Shown here: positions 53,380 to 62,627 of the stretch, one piece after another
Position numbering within the stretch: position 1 is the first letter of the stretch
Layout of the letters: each line of letters opens with the position of its first letter
Assembly (NCBI GenBank): GCA_041659505.1
Contig: JBAZYF010000001.1
Span: 189,274 to 253,273 of the forward strand
Length of the DNA: 64,000 nt
Direction of reading: 5' to 3'
DNA from: Parcubacteria group bacterium
GTDB lineage: Bacteria > Patescibacteriota > Minisyncoccia > Moranbacterales > UBA2206
Notes under the pieces: generated by a model
Told to the model about the DNA's origin: nothing
Databases searched by the model: none
The model's input: only the letters and a program-made list of their open reading frames with translations
Position numbers and translations under genes: made by a program

Positions 53380-53518
53380 GTCATCCTGAGCGGAGTTCGT
53401 ACTCGAACGTAGTCGAAGGATCTGCTCACCAATACCGCAAGTTTTACAAATATAAATTAAGCTCTGGATAACGCAAAGCAGATTCTTCGACTCCGCTCCG
53501 CTTCGCTCAGAATGACAA
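53380..53518. repeat. ~140-bp imperfect long inverted repeat (GTCATCCTGAGCG...GTCGAAGGATCTGC / GCAGATTCTTCGAC...CGCTCAGAATGAC)
   Basis: arms 53380-53425 and 53478-53518; the spurious ORF 53371..53589 translates it as ..HCHSERSGAESK../..SSTNSAQDDKN. Confidence 0.6.
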
Positions 53519-53524
53519 TGCTTT

Positions 53525-54712
53525 TTATTTGCCAAACAATTTTTCCATCCGATCAAACGCCCGATTAATATCTTGCGCACTCCGCCCAAAACTCATCCGC
53601 ACATGATTTTTTCCGCTCGGTCCAAAGGCCACACCAGGCACAACCGCCACTTGCGCTTTTTCTAACAGTCCCAGTGCGAAACGCCACGACAAACTATCCG
53701 GACAATCCTTGATCTCGCCAAAATCAAAATCAGTTTTCAAAATGCGGGGAAAAACATAATAGGCACTGGTGGGTTTTACGTAGCTAAAAATATGACTCAA
53801 TTTGTCCAATCGGCGACAAATCAGATCGCGCCTTTTTTCATATTCCCGATTAAAAAATTCGACGTCACGATCCCCCATTTCAAGCGCTCCCATTGCCGCG
53901 TATTGCGAAATGACCGGGGCGCAAGTGACCAACGAATCATGAACTTTCAATATTTCTTTGGCAATACTTTCGTCGGTGTGGAGGTACGCCACACGCCAAC
54001 CGGTCATCGCAAAAGATTTGGAAAAACTGAACAGCCGAATCACTCTTTTGCGCAATTCCGGCAATTCCGCCAGACTAAAAATTTTCTCATTGGAATCGAA
54101 AATAAAATCCTTATATACTTCATCGGAAATGAGATAGAGGTTATGTTTTTCGGCGAGCCGTGCCAGTCCCAAGAGTTGTTCTTTGGAATAGATCGTCCCG
54201 GTCGGGTTGTTTGGATTGCAATAGAAAATTGCTTTGGTTTTTGGCGTGATCGCCGCTTCATATTTTTCTAAGTTAAACGCCCAACCATTTCCTTCATCAA
54301 GTGAAACAAATACCGGTTGGCATCCAGCGAGCAAGATCACTTCGCGGTACGAAGTATAGGTCGGCTCAGGAATAATGATTTCATCACCAGGATTCGTAAT
54401 GGCAAATAATGTTGCTGTAATGCCTTCAATCGAGCCAGCCGTCACAATAATTTCTTTTTCAAAATCATAAAACATCCCCGCCTCCGCCAGTTTCACTTCA
54501 ATTAGCTCGCGCAGTTCAGAAAGTCCCGGAGAAAGCGAATATTTCGCCACCACACCATTTTTGAGGGCCAGTTCCACGCGCCGTTTAATGCACTCTGGCG
54601 TATCAAAACTCGGCACGCCTTGCGCCAAGGAAATGACATCCGGAAACTTAGAAGCCCGTAGTTCCATCTGCTTAATCACAGACAGTCGTAAATTTTTTGT
54701 GCGTTCAAACAT
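53525..54712 (-). CDS. pyridoxal-phosphate-dependent aminotransferase, class I/II
   Basis: NPNNPTGT motif and the SFSKSFAMTGWRVAY PLP-lysine region. Confidence 0.85.
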   Translation of the reverse strand: MFERTKNLRLSVIKQMELRASKFPDVISLAQGVPSFDTPECIKRRVELALKNGVVAKYSLSPGLSELRELIEVKLAEAGMFYDFEKEIIVTAGSIEGITATLFAITNPGDEIIIPEPTYTSYREVILLAGCQPVFVSLDEGNGWAFNLEKYEAAITPKTKAIFYCNPNNPTGTIYSKEQLLGLARLAEKHNLYLISDEVYKDFIFDSNEKIFSLAELPELRKRVIRLFSFSKSFAMTGWRVAYLHTDESIAKEILKVHDSLVTCAPVISQYAAMGALEMGDRDVEFFNREYEKRRDLICRRLDKLSHIFSYVKPTSAYYVFPRILKTDFDFGEIKDCPDSLSWRFALGLLEKAQVAVVPGVAFGPSGKNHVRMSFGRSAQDINRAFDRMEKLFGK

Positions 54713-54714
54713 AA

Positions 54715-55191
54715 CTAAAAACTATTTAAGCCAGTAATAACAGTTGATTCATTATTCCTTTGATTATCCAGCGCTTCTTTAATTCCTGCAAACAAAGACT
54801 CAGGGAGATTATCATAATCAAACCACTCCCATTTTTCACATCTCAGCGGCTCATTCACCATTGCCTCACCTCCGATATGCTTCCCTTCTAATATTATCGT
54901 TATGTGATGTAACCGATATGGCTCAAGTCGATCCTCTCTCGCCACTAGAACTTTTTTTGACACCTCGATTTCAATCCCACATCCCAGCTCTTCATCTATC
55001 TCTCTGTCGGCAGCGTCAAGCAACTTTTCGTTTTGCTTAAGATGCCCGCCAGGAAAACCCCACTGGCCATAACCAACTTTTGATAACCTTTTTCCAAGAA
55101 GCACTCTTCCTGCGCTATCAAACACAGCCACATCAACACCTATCATAATTCCCTGACCTTCTTTCATGCTTATCCTTACTTCCTGCTCCAT
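54715..55191 (-). CDS. NUDIX hydrolase
   Basis: Nudix box GFPGGHLKQNEKLLDAADREIDEELG. Confidence 0.85.
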   Translation of the reverse strand: MEQEVRISMKEGQGIMIGVDVAVFDSAGRVLLGKRLSKVGYGQWGFPGGHLKQNEKLLDAADREIDEELGCGIEIEVSKKVLVAREDRLEPYRLHHITIILEGKHIGGEAMVNEPLRCEKWEWFDYDNLPESLFAGIKEALDNQRNNESTVITGLNSF

Positions 55192-55371
55192 ATTGATCTA
55201 GTTTTAATTTTTAATCTTATTCCAACTTTTTCCCCAATTTCAACTTCACCGAATTCGCAAAATTTAGCATAGCGGAATCAAGCGCATATTTAGGTTTAAA
55301 TTTGTTTTTTTGCATAAAAAATTTGCTTCATCCTTTCGTAATTATATGCAAAGATAAAGCAAAAAGCAAGG

Positions 55372-56442
55372 TTATTTTTTCAATAGCGCGCCCGAAATCA
55401 ACTCATCCAAAAATACTGGAAAACCCATTCCAGCCTGACGCGCTGCCTCTGGAGCAAGACTGGTCGGAGTCATGCCAGGCACAGTGTTGATGTCGATAAA
55501 ATAGGCTTCGCTATTTTTTTCATCATACATAAAATCCACCCGCGCGAGATCCGCGCAACCGATTGCTTGAAAAGTTTTGATGGCATAAGCTTCCAATTTT
55601 TTCTGAAACTCTACTGGAATCTCTGCCGGACAAATGTGCCGACTTCCTCCGGTTTCATATTTGGCTTTGTAATCATAGAACTCGGAAATGAGTGGAATGA
55701 TTTCTGTGATTGCCAACACTTTCGGATCAGCATTTCCCATCACCGTCACTGTCAGCTCGCGCCCTTTGATATATTGTTCCAAGAGCACTTCCGATCCATA
55801 GCGAAAGGCATCCGCAATTCCTTTCTCCAATTCCGTTTCAGTTTTCGCAATAGAAATTCCGACCGATGATCCCAGTTCTGCCGGTTTAATCACAACAGGC
55901 AAATCGATCTTTTCTAAAATATTTTCTAGCGTATAATTTTCTTTTTTCAAGACCAGATCTTTCGCAACACTGACACCAAAATTTTTAGCAATTACTTTTG
56001 CTTTTGGTTTATTCATCCCTAGCGCATGCGCCAAAACTCCGGAAAAAACATACGGAACACCCAGCATATCCAGCATCCCCTGCAAACGTCCGTCTTCGCC
56101 AAACGGCCCGTGGATAAGCGGGAATACTCGATCAATTTTTTCACCAGAAAGATCACCTTCGGTAAAATTCAAAAGACTACGCTCTCCCCTTTGAAGAGTC
56201 ACCAAGCTCTGAGATTTCTCGAGACTGATCGCACCTTCCTTACCAAGTTTATCAGAATTATTTTTCAGATACTGCGCGCCTTTTTCTCCGATCAACCAAT
56301 TTCCGCCTTTTGTAATTGCAATTGGAATGATGCGATATTTTTCCTGATTAAGGTTTTTCATTACCGCCTGCGCCGAAGAAAGGGACACTTCATGCTCGCC
56401 AGACTGACCACCAAAAATCACCGCGATGTTTATTTTTTTCAT
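55372..56442 (-). CDS. ddl: D-alanine--D-alanine ligase (start placed at internal ATG, MKKINIAVIFGG; the ORF-caller's start at 56577 is probably too long)
   Basis: N-terminal IAVIFGGQSGEHEVSLSS, ATP-grasp core; FPLIHGPFGEDGRLQGMLDMLGVPYV is a typical Ddl segment. Confidence 0.85.
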   Translation of the reverse strand: MKKINIAVIFGGQSGEHEVSLSSAQAVMKNLNQEKYRIIPIAITKGGNWLIGEKGAQYLKNNSDKLGKEGAISLEKSQSLVTLQRGERSLLNFTEGDLSGEKIDRVFPLIHGPFGEDGRLQGMLDMLGVPYVFSGVLAHALGMNKPKAKVIAKNFGVSVAKDLVLKKENYTLENILEKIDLPVVIKPAELGSSVGISIAKTETELEKGIADAFRYGSEVLLEQYIKGRELTVTVMGNADPKVLAITEIIPLISEFYDYKAKYETGGSRHICPAEIPVEFQKKLEAYAIKTFQAIGCADLARVDFMYDEKNSEAYFIDINTVPGMTPTSLAPEAARQAGMGFPVFLDELISGALLKK

Positions 56443-56455
56443 AAGTTTTAACAGA

Positions 56456-56845
56456 TTATCTTTTCTTCTTAATTTCCCGCAAAACCTTTCTCGCCACTTC
56501 AAGATACTTGGGAAATTTGGCATAAAGATCATTGGCCATTTTTTCCGAATACGTATGCACCGACAAATTGCGATCATCCGTCATAGAAAGACAGGTTTCA
56601 ATTTCTTCTTCACTCAGTTCCAAAATATTTCGTACTTCGCGGAAACAAGCCTTGGGCGATGCGCATTCGATACTTTCGAGTTCTTTCAAATAAATTTTCA
56701 CCACTTTCCAAAAAAGCTCAAAAGAAAATTCATAGCGTTGAATTGTAGCGTCACGATTAAGGTCATTAAAAGGTGCGTCCAGCGCCTTTTTCCAAGCAGT
56801 TAGCGCTTGTTCTAATTGCCCAATTTTTTCGCCTAAATAAGCCAT
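56456..56845 (-). CDS. HEPN-domain nucleotidyltransferase substrate-binding protein (HI0074 family), putative toxin
   Basis: DATIQRYEFSFELFWKVVKIYL and the RNLSVHTYSE R-x4-HxY HEPN motif. Confidence 0.8.
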   Translation of the reverse strand: MAYLGEKIGQLEQALTAWKKALDAPFNDLNRDATIQRYEFSFELFWKVVKIYLKELESIECASPKACFREVRNILELSEEEIETCLSMTDDRNLSVHTYSEKMANDLYAKFPKYLEVARKVLREIKKKR

Positions 56846-57117
56846 ATTTTTTTCTCATTTAATAATTTAGCTTGAAAATTTTCATCTGCTTTTTTGAGAT
56901 AGACCAAATCAACTTTATAGGGTAAATGTGATTCCTCCAAATCTTCCTTCGCCAGGGCAATTGCTTTTTCATCGAAAATATCGCCTGAAATGGCCACATC
57001 AACATCGGAAAACATGCCCTCACCCAGACTGGAACCAAACACAAAAAACTTGGCCTCACCGCCCAGCCTCTTTCTCAAAATAGCGCTGATCTGTTTTTGA
57101 TATTTTTCCTCTAACAT
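56833..57117 (-). CDS. minimal nucleotidyltransferase (MNT, HI0073-like), putative antitoxin; start placed at internal ATG
   Basis: FVFGSSLGEGMFSDVDVAI (GS...D.D motif); overlaps the HEPN gene by 13 bp. Confidence 0.75.
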   Translation of the reverse strand: MLEEKYQKQISAILRKRLGGEAKFFVFGSSLGEGMFSDVDVAISGDIFDEKAIALAKEDLEESHLPYKVDLVYLKKADENFQAKLLNEKKIWLI

Positions 57118-57224
57118 AGTCTTGCTTTGATTATAGCAAATAATAGGCAAAAATCAACTAAAATCCACCCCCTGCCTAGAGGGTGGATTTATCTTTCGTT
57201 ATGCCGTAAATTTCAAAAAATTTA

Positions 57225-58046
57225 CTAGTTATTTGACGCTTCCGCACTATCTTTGGCAAAAGCCTTTCGCAGTTCAATCCTGGCTTGCTCCATCGTTGTT
57301 TTGAAATTAGAAAGAGCACTTTCCACAACACCTTTTCTGGTTGCAATCAGCGCTGCCACTTGCGTGTTGACTTTGGCGACACTCTGCTTGTCTGTCTGCG
57401 TTTTTGTGCGATTAGCTTGCATACTTTTTTTGAAATTTGCCATCACTGTTTTCGCGTCAACTCCCGCCACGCAATCAGCTTTGGCTTTCTCCAAAAGCGC
57501 CTTGCGCGAATCTGCCGTCACGCTCAATAATTGATCTACCTGGCCATTTCTAGTGGCAATTGCCGCCTGTACACCCTCTTGAAATTTACTAATCGCTCCG
57601 TCCAAAATTCCCCGCCGTGTTTCGATTGCCGCGCGAACCTTGGTTTCAAAATCGGCTACCGCTTTTTTCTGCGCGTCAGTCATTGCTTTCGCTTCCAATG
57701 CCTTAAATTGGCCGTCGCGGTTAGCATCCCAAGCCTCTCGGTTAGTGTTTAATTTAGCTTCGATTTCCGCTTTTTTGGCTGTCCAATTCGTCAATCTTTC
57801 TTGACTCCTGGTCTGAAGCTTATTTTCTTCACCTGCCATTTTCTGAGCGAACGCATCGGCCCGCTCTGCAATTTTTTCACAGATATTGTCATTTACCGCC
57901 GCTTTTTTGTCGGCTATTTTTTGCTGGACATCCGATCTCCCGCTCCCCCCATTTGTAGCGTCACTGACAGCCCAAGCATTGGCGGAAAAAAGCAAACCGG
58001 CAACAACCGCTAACGATAGGGTTTGTTTATAAATTAGTTTGATCAT
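57225..58046 (-). CDS. secreted alpha-helical/coiled-coil protein, unknown function
   Basis: signal peptide MIKLIYKQTLSLAVVAGLLFSANAWA; repetitive A/K/E-rich helices. Confidence 0.6.
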   Translation of the reverse strand: MIKLIYKQTLSLAVVAGLLFSANAWAVSDATNGGSGRSDVQQKIADKKAAVNDNICEKIAERADAFAQKMAGEENKLQTRSQERLTNWTAKKAEIEAKLNTNREAWDANRDGQFKALEAKAMTDAQKKAVADFETKVRAAIETRRGILDGAISKFQEGVQAAIATRNGQVDQLLSVTADSRKALLEKAKADCVAGVDAKTVMANFKKSMQANRTKTQTDKQSVAKVNTQVAALIATRKGVVESALSNFKTTMEQARIELRKAFAKDSAEASNN

Positions 58047-58356
58047 AAGTATTGCTTAAATTATTAGACTCCGCGCTATCATCAGTTAGTGCTTTGACAT
58101 CAGCCTCATCGCTGGTTGCCTGGAGTTTCTCATTGTCCGCTCCGCTGATTATCGCATCAACAGTGTTGTCCACTTCGCCAGTCGGCGCAGGTGTTTTGAT
58201 TTCCGCCGTATCCATTGTCTTTTTTACTGCCGGATTTTCCGCCGGCTTTTCCGCTTGCTTTTGCATCGGTGGGTTAGTCGTCACGTCCTTAGCACCGCAT
58301 CCCGCGAGCAAAAAAACGCTCGCGCCGAGGGCTAGTGTGATAATGTTTTTTTTCAT
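58027..58356 (-). CDS. small lipoprotein
   Basis: signal peptide + lipobox LLAGC; low-complexity mature part. Confidence 0.6.
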   Translation of the reverse strand: MKKNIITLALGASVFLLAGCGAKDVTTNPPMQKQAEKPAENPAVKKTMDTAEIKTPAPTGEVDNTVDAIISGADNEKLQATSDEADVKALTDDSAESNNLSNTYDQTNL

Positions 58357-58442
58357 AGAATTGTTTTGTGTTTAGTTGATTACTTAAAACCTCCTTATTC
58401 AAAGAGCATCGACCAAACGCACTTTGTTATTTTTTTTCAAAA

Positions 58443-59087
58443 TTATTCAATACAACAATCGATCGCTTTTCTAACTAACTCGCCCAACTTTCCCATGAAA
58501 CCACTTCGCTCAGTAACGCTTGCGGTTTTTGCCGAACCTGCGACTGACGAATTATTTATTTGAGCCTGCGGAATTTCTGCTGATTTGTTTTTCTTGTCGT
58601 CATGTCTGTTCAGTGCCTCATCATCAATTTTTTTGATATCCCCGGTGTTGATTACTTTCATGTTAATCCCCCAAAACAACGAGTATAAATCATAGGCTTT
58701 TTGAAAAAGATCTTGCGCTTTTTCTTTTCTACCCATCCCCTGTTGCTTCGTCCCCACTTCCATTAGCCTCATTGAAGCCGCCAGCAAGTGTTTTGAAATG
58801 CACCATTCTTCGCCTTGTGGATCTTTGACAATTTCTCGCAAAAGTTCTCCACGCATTTTCCGCGCCTCTTGCAACAAATCAAAATATTCCGGTTTTTGCA
58901 ATTTCGCTCCCGTAAAAAAGAAATGCTCTTCAATACTCACCAAGTTCATGATAGCAATCGACAAATCCTGATCGGATGAGAGATCCATCTTATCCTGCTT
59001 TTTCATCTGATCGATCTTTTCCACGAACTCATTAAGACTGCGGATTTTGTTTTCTTCCATAATTCTACGAATTACAAATCTGTACAA
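58443..59087 (-). CDS. hypothetical cytoplasmic protein
   Basis: long ORF, no recognisable motif. Confidence 0.45.
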   Translation of the reverse strand: MYRFVIRRIMEENKIRSLNEFVEKIDQMKKQDKMDLSSDQDLSIAIMNLVSIEEHFFFTGAKLQKPEYFDLLQEARKMRGELLREIVKDPQGEEWCISKHLLAASMRLMEVGTKQQGMGRKEKAQDLFQKAYDLYSLFWGINMKVINTGDIKKIDDEALNRHDDKKNKSAEIPQAQINNSSVAGSAKTASVTERSGFMGKLGELVRKAIDCCIE

Positions 59088-59277
59088 ATTTACAAATATA
59101 CAAATTGCAATATTATATTGCTAATTATAAAGGCTTGCTATTTTTCGTTCAAGAAAATTCTTGACGTTCGACTTTTTTAGCATCCAAAATTTTAGTAGAC
59201 CGGCAGAACACCAACCAAAATGCGGAAACCGCGCTATAAAGAATTTACTTGGACGGAAAATAGCAAACTACACTTTC

Positions 59278-59796
59278 TTAGCTTCGAGTTAAAAAATAAA
59301 ATGCAATACTCAAAAGCAAAAGAAATCCTACCGGAACAGCCACTTTTTGAAAAGGAAAATAGACTTTATTATTATTATTTTTCTTTAATTTAAAATGCCA
59401 CATTCCGCCGAAATAAAAAACTACACTCCCGAAAATTATGCCCAAAAGCAGTTTGTCCACGCCCCAAAATGTGTGATAGGCCTGCCCCATCAGTCCCACA
59501 AAATAGAGCGGGATGATAGTGAGGAGATAATAACCGGCGTAGACTGTGAGAGCTTCTCCCCGGAAATTAATTTTTTTCTTTTTCAACCATTCCAATGTCC
59601 AAGCCGAAAGCCCGACCAAGAGCGCTCCAATCCAAAGTCCCGTCACTGTGTCGTCAATGCCGAGATAATGCGAAAGCTCCAGTCCCGCACCCACCGCCAC
59701 CACACAAACCGGACAAAATGCTTGCACAGAAAATGTTGGCATCAGCATTAATCCAACCAGTAAAAATATTTTTTTAAGTCCTGCACTACTGCGCAT
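59278..59796 (-). CDS. polytopic membrane protein with an N-terminal CPVC motif
   Basis: 4-5 predicted TM helices; CxxC (AFCPVCVV) at the start of TM1. Confidence 0.55.
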   Translation of the reverse strand: MRSSAGLKKIFLLVGLMLMPTFSVQAFCPVCVVAVGAGLELSHYLGIDDTVTGLWIGALLVGLSAWTLEWLKKKKINFRGEALTVYAGYYLLTIIPLYFVGLMGQAYHTFWGVDKLLLGIIFGSVVFYFGGMWHFKLKKNNNNKVYFPFQKVAVPVGFLLLLSIAFYFLTRS

Positions 59797-60151
59797 TAAT
59801 TTTATCTTTGAAAAAATTGATTATTTCATCCTGTCCAAGATAGCACTTTTCCGCCGTCCAAAGAAATGGAACTGCTCCGATAGAATCTTTGGCCACTTGG
59901 CACTCCTGTTGTTTTTGAATCATCAGATTAGCGCTCGCCTTATCGCCCCCCACTTCGTGCTGCGAAAAACTGACCTTATCTTTGACATTATTATCCGCGA
60001 TATATTTTTCTACCACGATGCAATGCGGACACTGCGTGCTGTAAAACAAAATAATCGCCGAATTGTCCGTCACCGTCGCTGGCGGATTGCCGCAACCGGA
60101 AAAAATTAACAACACAAAAAACAAAAAAACACCCAAAGTAATTTTTCGCAT
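59786..60151 (-). CDS. thioredoxin-fold lipoprotein (CPHC active-site motif); start placed at internal ATG MRKITLG
   Basis: lipobox IFSGC; FYSTQCPHC thioredoxin/glutaredoxin-like CxxC; overlaps the upstream membrane-protein gene by ~11 bp. Confidence 0.6.
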   Translation of the reverse strand: MRKITLGVFLFFVLLIFSGCGNPPATVTDNSAIILFYSTQCPHCIVVEKYIADNNVKDKVSFSQHEVGGDKASANLMIQKQQECQVAKDSIGAVPFLWTAEKCYLGQDEIINFFKDKINAQ

Positions 60152-60338
60152 AAAAACAAAATTAGTCCGAATTAATAATACAAACTCCAAAATTTACTCC
60201 AGTTTACCAGCCTACAACAAATCATAAATAAGTTAACCAACGAACTCGTCCGCTGTAGCCTTAGCGAAGGCGGATTAAATCCTGACGTTCTAAATTATAC
60301 CAGTCACCAGCTTATCCTGCAACCCGATAAGAATACAC

Positions 60339-60386
60339 GTGGGATTTACGGGCTTGCCAAAAGCAAGTCCGTAAATCCCACTGCAA
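60339..60386. other. long perfect hairpin (12-bp stem TGGGATTTACGG / CCGTAAATCCCA with inner stem CTTGC/GCAAG)
   Basis: seen directly in a 255-bp ORF-free interval; function unknown. Confidence 0.4.
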
Positions 60387-60392
60387 ACAAAA

Positions 60393-60428
60393 AAACAGCC
60401 CCGATTGCTCGGGACTGATTTTTTTTCA
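60393..60428 (-). terminator. bidirectional intrinsic terminator (A-run, hairpin CAGCCCCGattgctCGGGACTG, T-run) right after the RRM gene stop
   Basis: minus-strand reading: CAGTCCCGagcaatCGGGGCTG followed by TTTTTTTG. Confidence 0.6.
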
Positions 60429-60444
60429 GCGTTTCAAAGAAATA

Positions 60445-60768
60445 CTAGTATCTCCTTGATCCACCAAAACCACCATCGCCGCCGCCTGGTTTTCGGAAAC
60501 CACCAGTTCTTGGTCTTTCCTCCATTGGGCGAGCTTCATTAACAGTCAAAGTTCTTCCTTCGAACTCTTTTCCGTCAAACATTTCGATAGCTTTTGTAGC
60601 TTCTTCGTCAGAAGCCATTTCCACAAAACCGAAACCCTTTGAACGACCAGACATCTTATCAGTGATGATAATAGCTGTCGCAACGGCTCCTGCTTGAGAG
60701 AAATAATCTTTCAAGCCGTCTTGTGTTGTACTGTAGGAGAGTCCTCCCACGTATAGTTTTTGTGCCAT
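60445..60768 (-). CDS. RNA-binding protein with an RRM domain and glycine-rich tail
   Basis: RNP-2 LYVGGL, RNP-1 KGFGFVEM, C-terminal GGGDGGFGG. Confidence 0.85.
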   Translation of the reverse strand: MAQKLYVGGLSYSTTQDGLKDYFSQAGAVATAIIITDKMSGRSKGFGFVEMASDEEATKAIEMFDGKEFEGRTLTVNEARPMEERPRTGGFRKPGGGDGGFGGSRRY

Positions 60769-61186
60769 GTGTTTGCCTTATACTTAAATTACATTGCAAG
60801 CCGACCTTCTCTTTTAGCTTACTTCTCTGAAACTGACGTTTCAAGATCTTTGTCCTTAGATTCACATATAAGGCAAAACCTACTGAGAAAACTTACAATA
60901 GGTCTATTATACACCTAAACACGAAAAAAATCAAGTGGTAGGAGTCAAAATGGCTCATTATCGACTTTTTGTTCTAATGGCGGGGAAACAAGCGTTTAAT
61001 CTACTATCTGTTGATGTAGACAAAAATTTGCGTTTTTCTTTTCACCGCCGCAGCGCTTGTCACCGGCAGTTATCTTTTCTCTAAGATTGAGGTTTAGAAA
61101 ATTTTGCAAATTAAATAAGGCAATCGGAAATTTAATTTCCGATTGCCTTGCGACTTGTTTTTTGTATAAACGCTCCTCTCTTATAA

Positions 61187-61552
61187 TTAGCTGGAGGAAT
61201 TTTTCTTTTTCCAGTAATAACAATCTCCCGGAGATGCTCTGTATATTTTTTTACAATGCACCCCACACTTACATTCTTTGTGAGGTTCATCATTTTCTGA
61301 TATTCCAAAATAGCATCCAAATTTTTCAGCGCCTGTGTCTTTCATTTTGTTTTCCGCTTTTGATTCATTTTTCCACACATCAATCGCATTCAAGGTCATT
61401 GATATTTTTCTTTCCGCAGATGCCCTGAAATCTTCCCAGAAAGTTTCTTTGCTAGTTTGGCCTTCTTTGTATGCTTCCAATAATACGCAAAGGGAGTCCC
61501 TTACCTCTGTTGAAATTCCTTCAATCAGTCGATCTATTTTTGTTTTCATCAT
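61187..61552 (-). CDS. hypothetical small protein with Cys-rich C-terminus
   Basis: ORF only; CKCGVHCKK...GDCYYW. Confidence 0.35.
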   Translation of the reverse strand: MMKTKIDRLIEGISTEVRDSLCVLLEAYKEGQTSKETFWEDFRASAERKISMTLNAIDVWKNESKAENKMKDTGAEKFGCYFGISENDEPHKECKCGVHCKKIYRASPGDCYYWKKKNSSS

Positions 61553-61576
61553 AAACCTCCTATTTCGTAAACGTTT

Positions 61577-62341
61577 CTACAACCTGTCCCACATAAAATC
61601 CAGGTACATCTTAATCGCTTGAGCGATAGACGCATCTTCGATGACAGTCGCGGTTTTGCGGTCGTAGGAAATAAGCGCTGTGACTGCTCCGGAAATGACC
61701 ACGTCGGCAGAAATTTTTATTTCCGGCAAAAGAAATTTAGTGTGCGCGATGCCCTTGGCCACGTGAGCAAATTTGTGATTAAGTGGCGTGTCTTCCAAGA
61801 TCATGCGATAGAAAATTTTTCGCTCTTTAATCTCTTGGAAATAGGCCAGCTCGTCTCTTTCCGAGACAACTTTGGTCGCCGTTTCGTAGGATCCGCAATT
61901 GATGACAGAATGATGCTTGAGAATGTATTGCTCAAAAACCTGCTCAATTCCTTCCCTCCCTTCGAAGAATTTGATTTGCGGTTTATTTTCTTGACTGATA
62001 TCAATCATTTTGAGCATTGGCAAAATGGTATTTTGTAAAAGTTGCATTTCCAATTTTGTTTCTGCTTGCCTCTCGATAACCAACTTTTCCAGGTTTTGCG
62101 GATCTTCCGCCACAAACAATTTCTTTTTTCCTTTGCGACTTTCCGCCACGAGTCCCTTAAGCTTCAACTTATCCAGCGCCGCATAGATGCTCACGCGGTT
62201 CACTCCTGATGCCCGCGAAATATCCTGCACAGTCGATGCACCGTTTTCCAAAAGAGCCAGGTAAGCAGCCACTTCTTTCTCGGTCAGTTTTAATTGTAAA
62301 AGAGCCACTTCTAACTTTTGCGGCGTTTGTTTCTTTCTCAT
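61577..62341 (-). CDS. TrmB-family HTH transcriptional regulator
   Basis: N-terminal wHTH LTEKEVAAYLALLENGASTVQDISRASGVNRVSIYAALDKLKLKGLV typical of TrmB. Confidence 0.75.
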   Translation of the reverse strand: MRKKQTPQKLEVALLQLKLTEKEVAAYLALLENGASTVQDISRASGVNRVSIYAALDKLKLKGLVAESRKGKKKLFVAEDPQNLEKLVIERQAETKLEMQLLQNTILPMLKMIDISQENKPQIKFFEGREGIEQVFEQYILKHHSVINCGSYETATKVVSERDELAYFQEIKERKIFYRMILEDTPLNHKFAHVAKGIAHTKFLLPEIKISADVVISGAVTALISYDRKTATVIEDASIAQAIKMYLDFMWDRL

Positions 62342-62467
62342 GGCATTAGTAAGTTAAGATACACCAGATTGGAACGATCACCAAGGCGATGTATACAAAT
62401 TATATTAATTAAATTCACAATTGGCGATATTTTGGCTTGTTTGTTGGTTATTTTGATTTTAATAATG

Positions 62468-62488
62468 TTGTAAATGGGTTGTTTACAA
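62468..62488. promoter_or_regulatory. perfect palindrome TTGTAAA-N7-TTTACAA in the divergent intergenic region between the TrmB-like gene and the plus-strand gene; related GT[AT]TACAAATTA half-sites at 62389-62401 and 62481-62493
   Basis: seen directly. Confidence 0.4.
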
Positions 62489-62627
62489 ATTAGCATGAAG
62501 TCACATTAAAAACAAGTCTAATGTTAAAAAGTCTCAAATAGAATTGTACACAGAAGAGTAATGGAAAAAGCCTAATAAAAACTGTCATAAAATAGACACA
62601 ACCCTTCTTTACTGGTAAACTATATTT

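Noticed and set aside
56443-56577. N-terminal 45-residue extension of the Ddl ORF and the 11-residue extension of the MNT ORF
   Set aside because: The extensions are Cys/Arg-rich, overlap the upstream gene and lack homology. The internal ATGs give canonical family N-termini.
60190-60444. tRNA or small structured RNA gene in the 255-bp ORF-free interval
   Set aside because: No T-loop (GTTCRANYC) or cloverleaf could be drawn by eye. The hairpins are better explained as a bidirectional terminator region; kept only as low-confidence 'other'.
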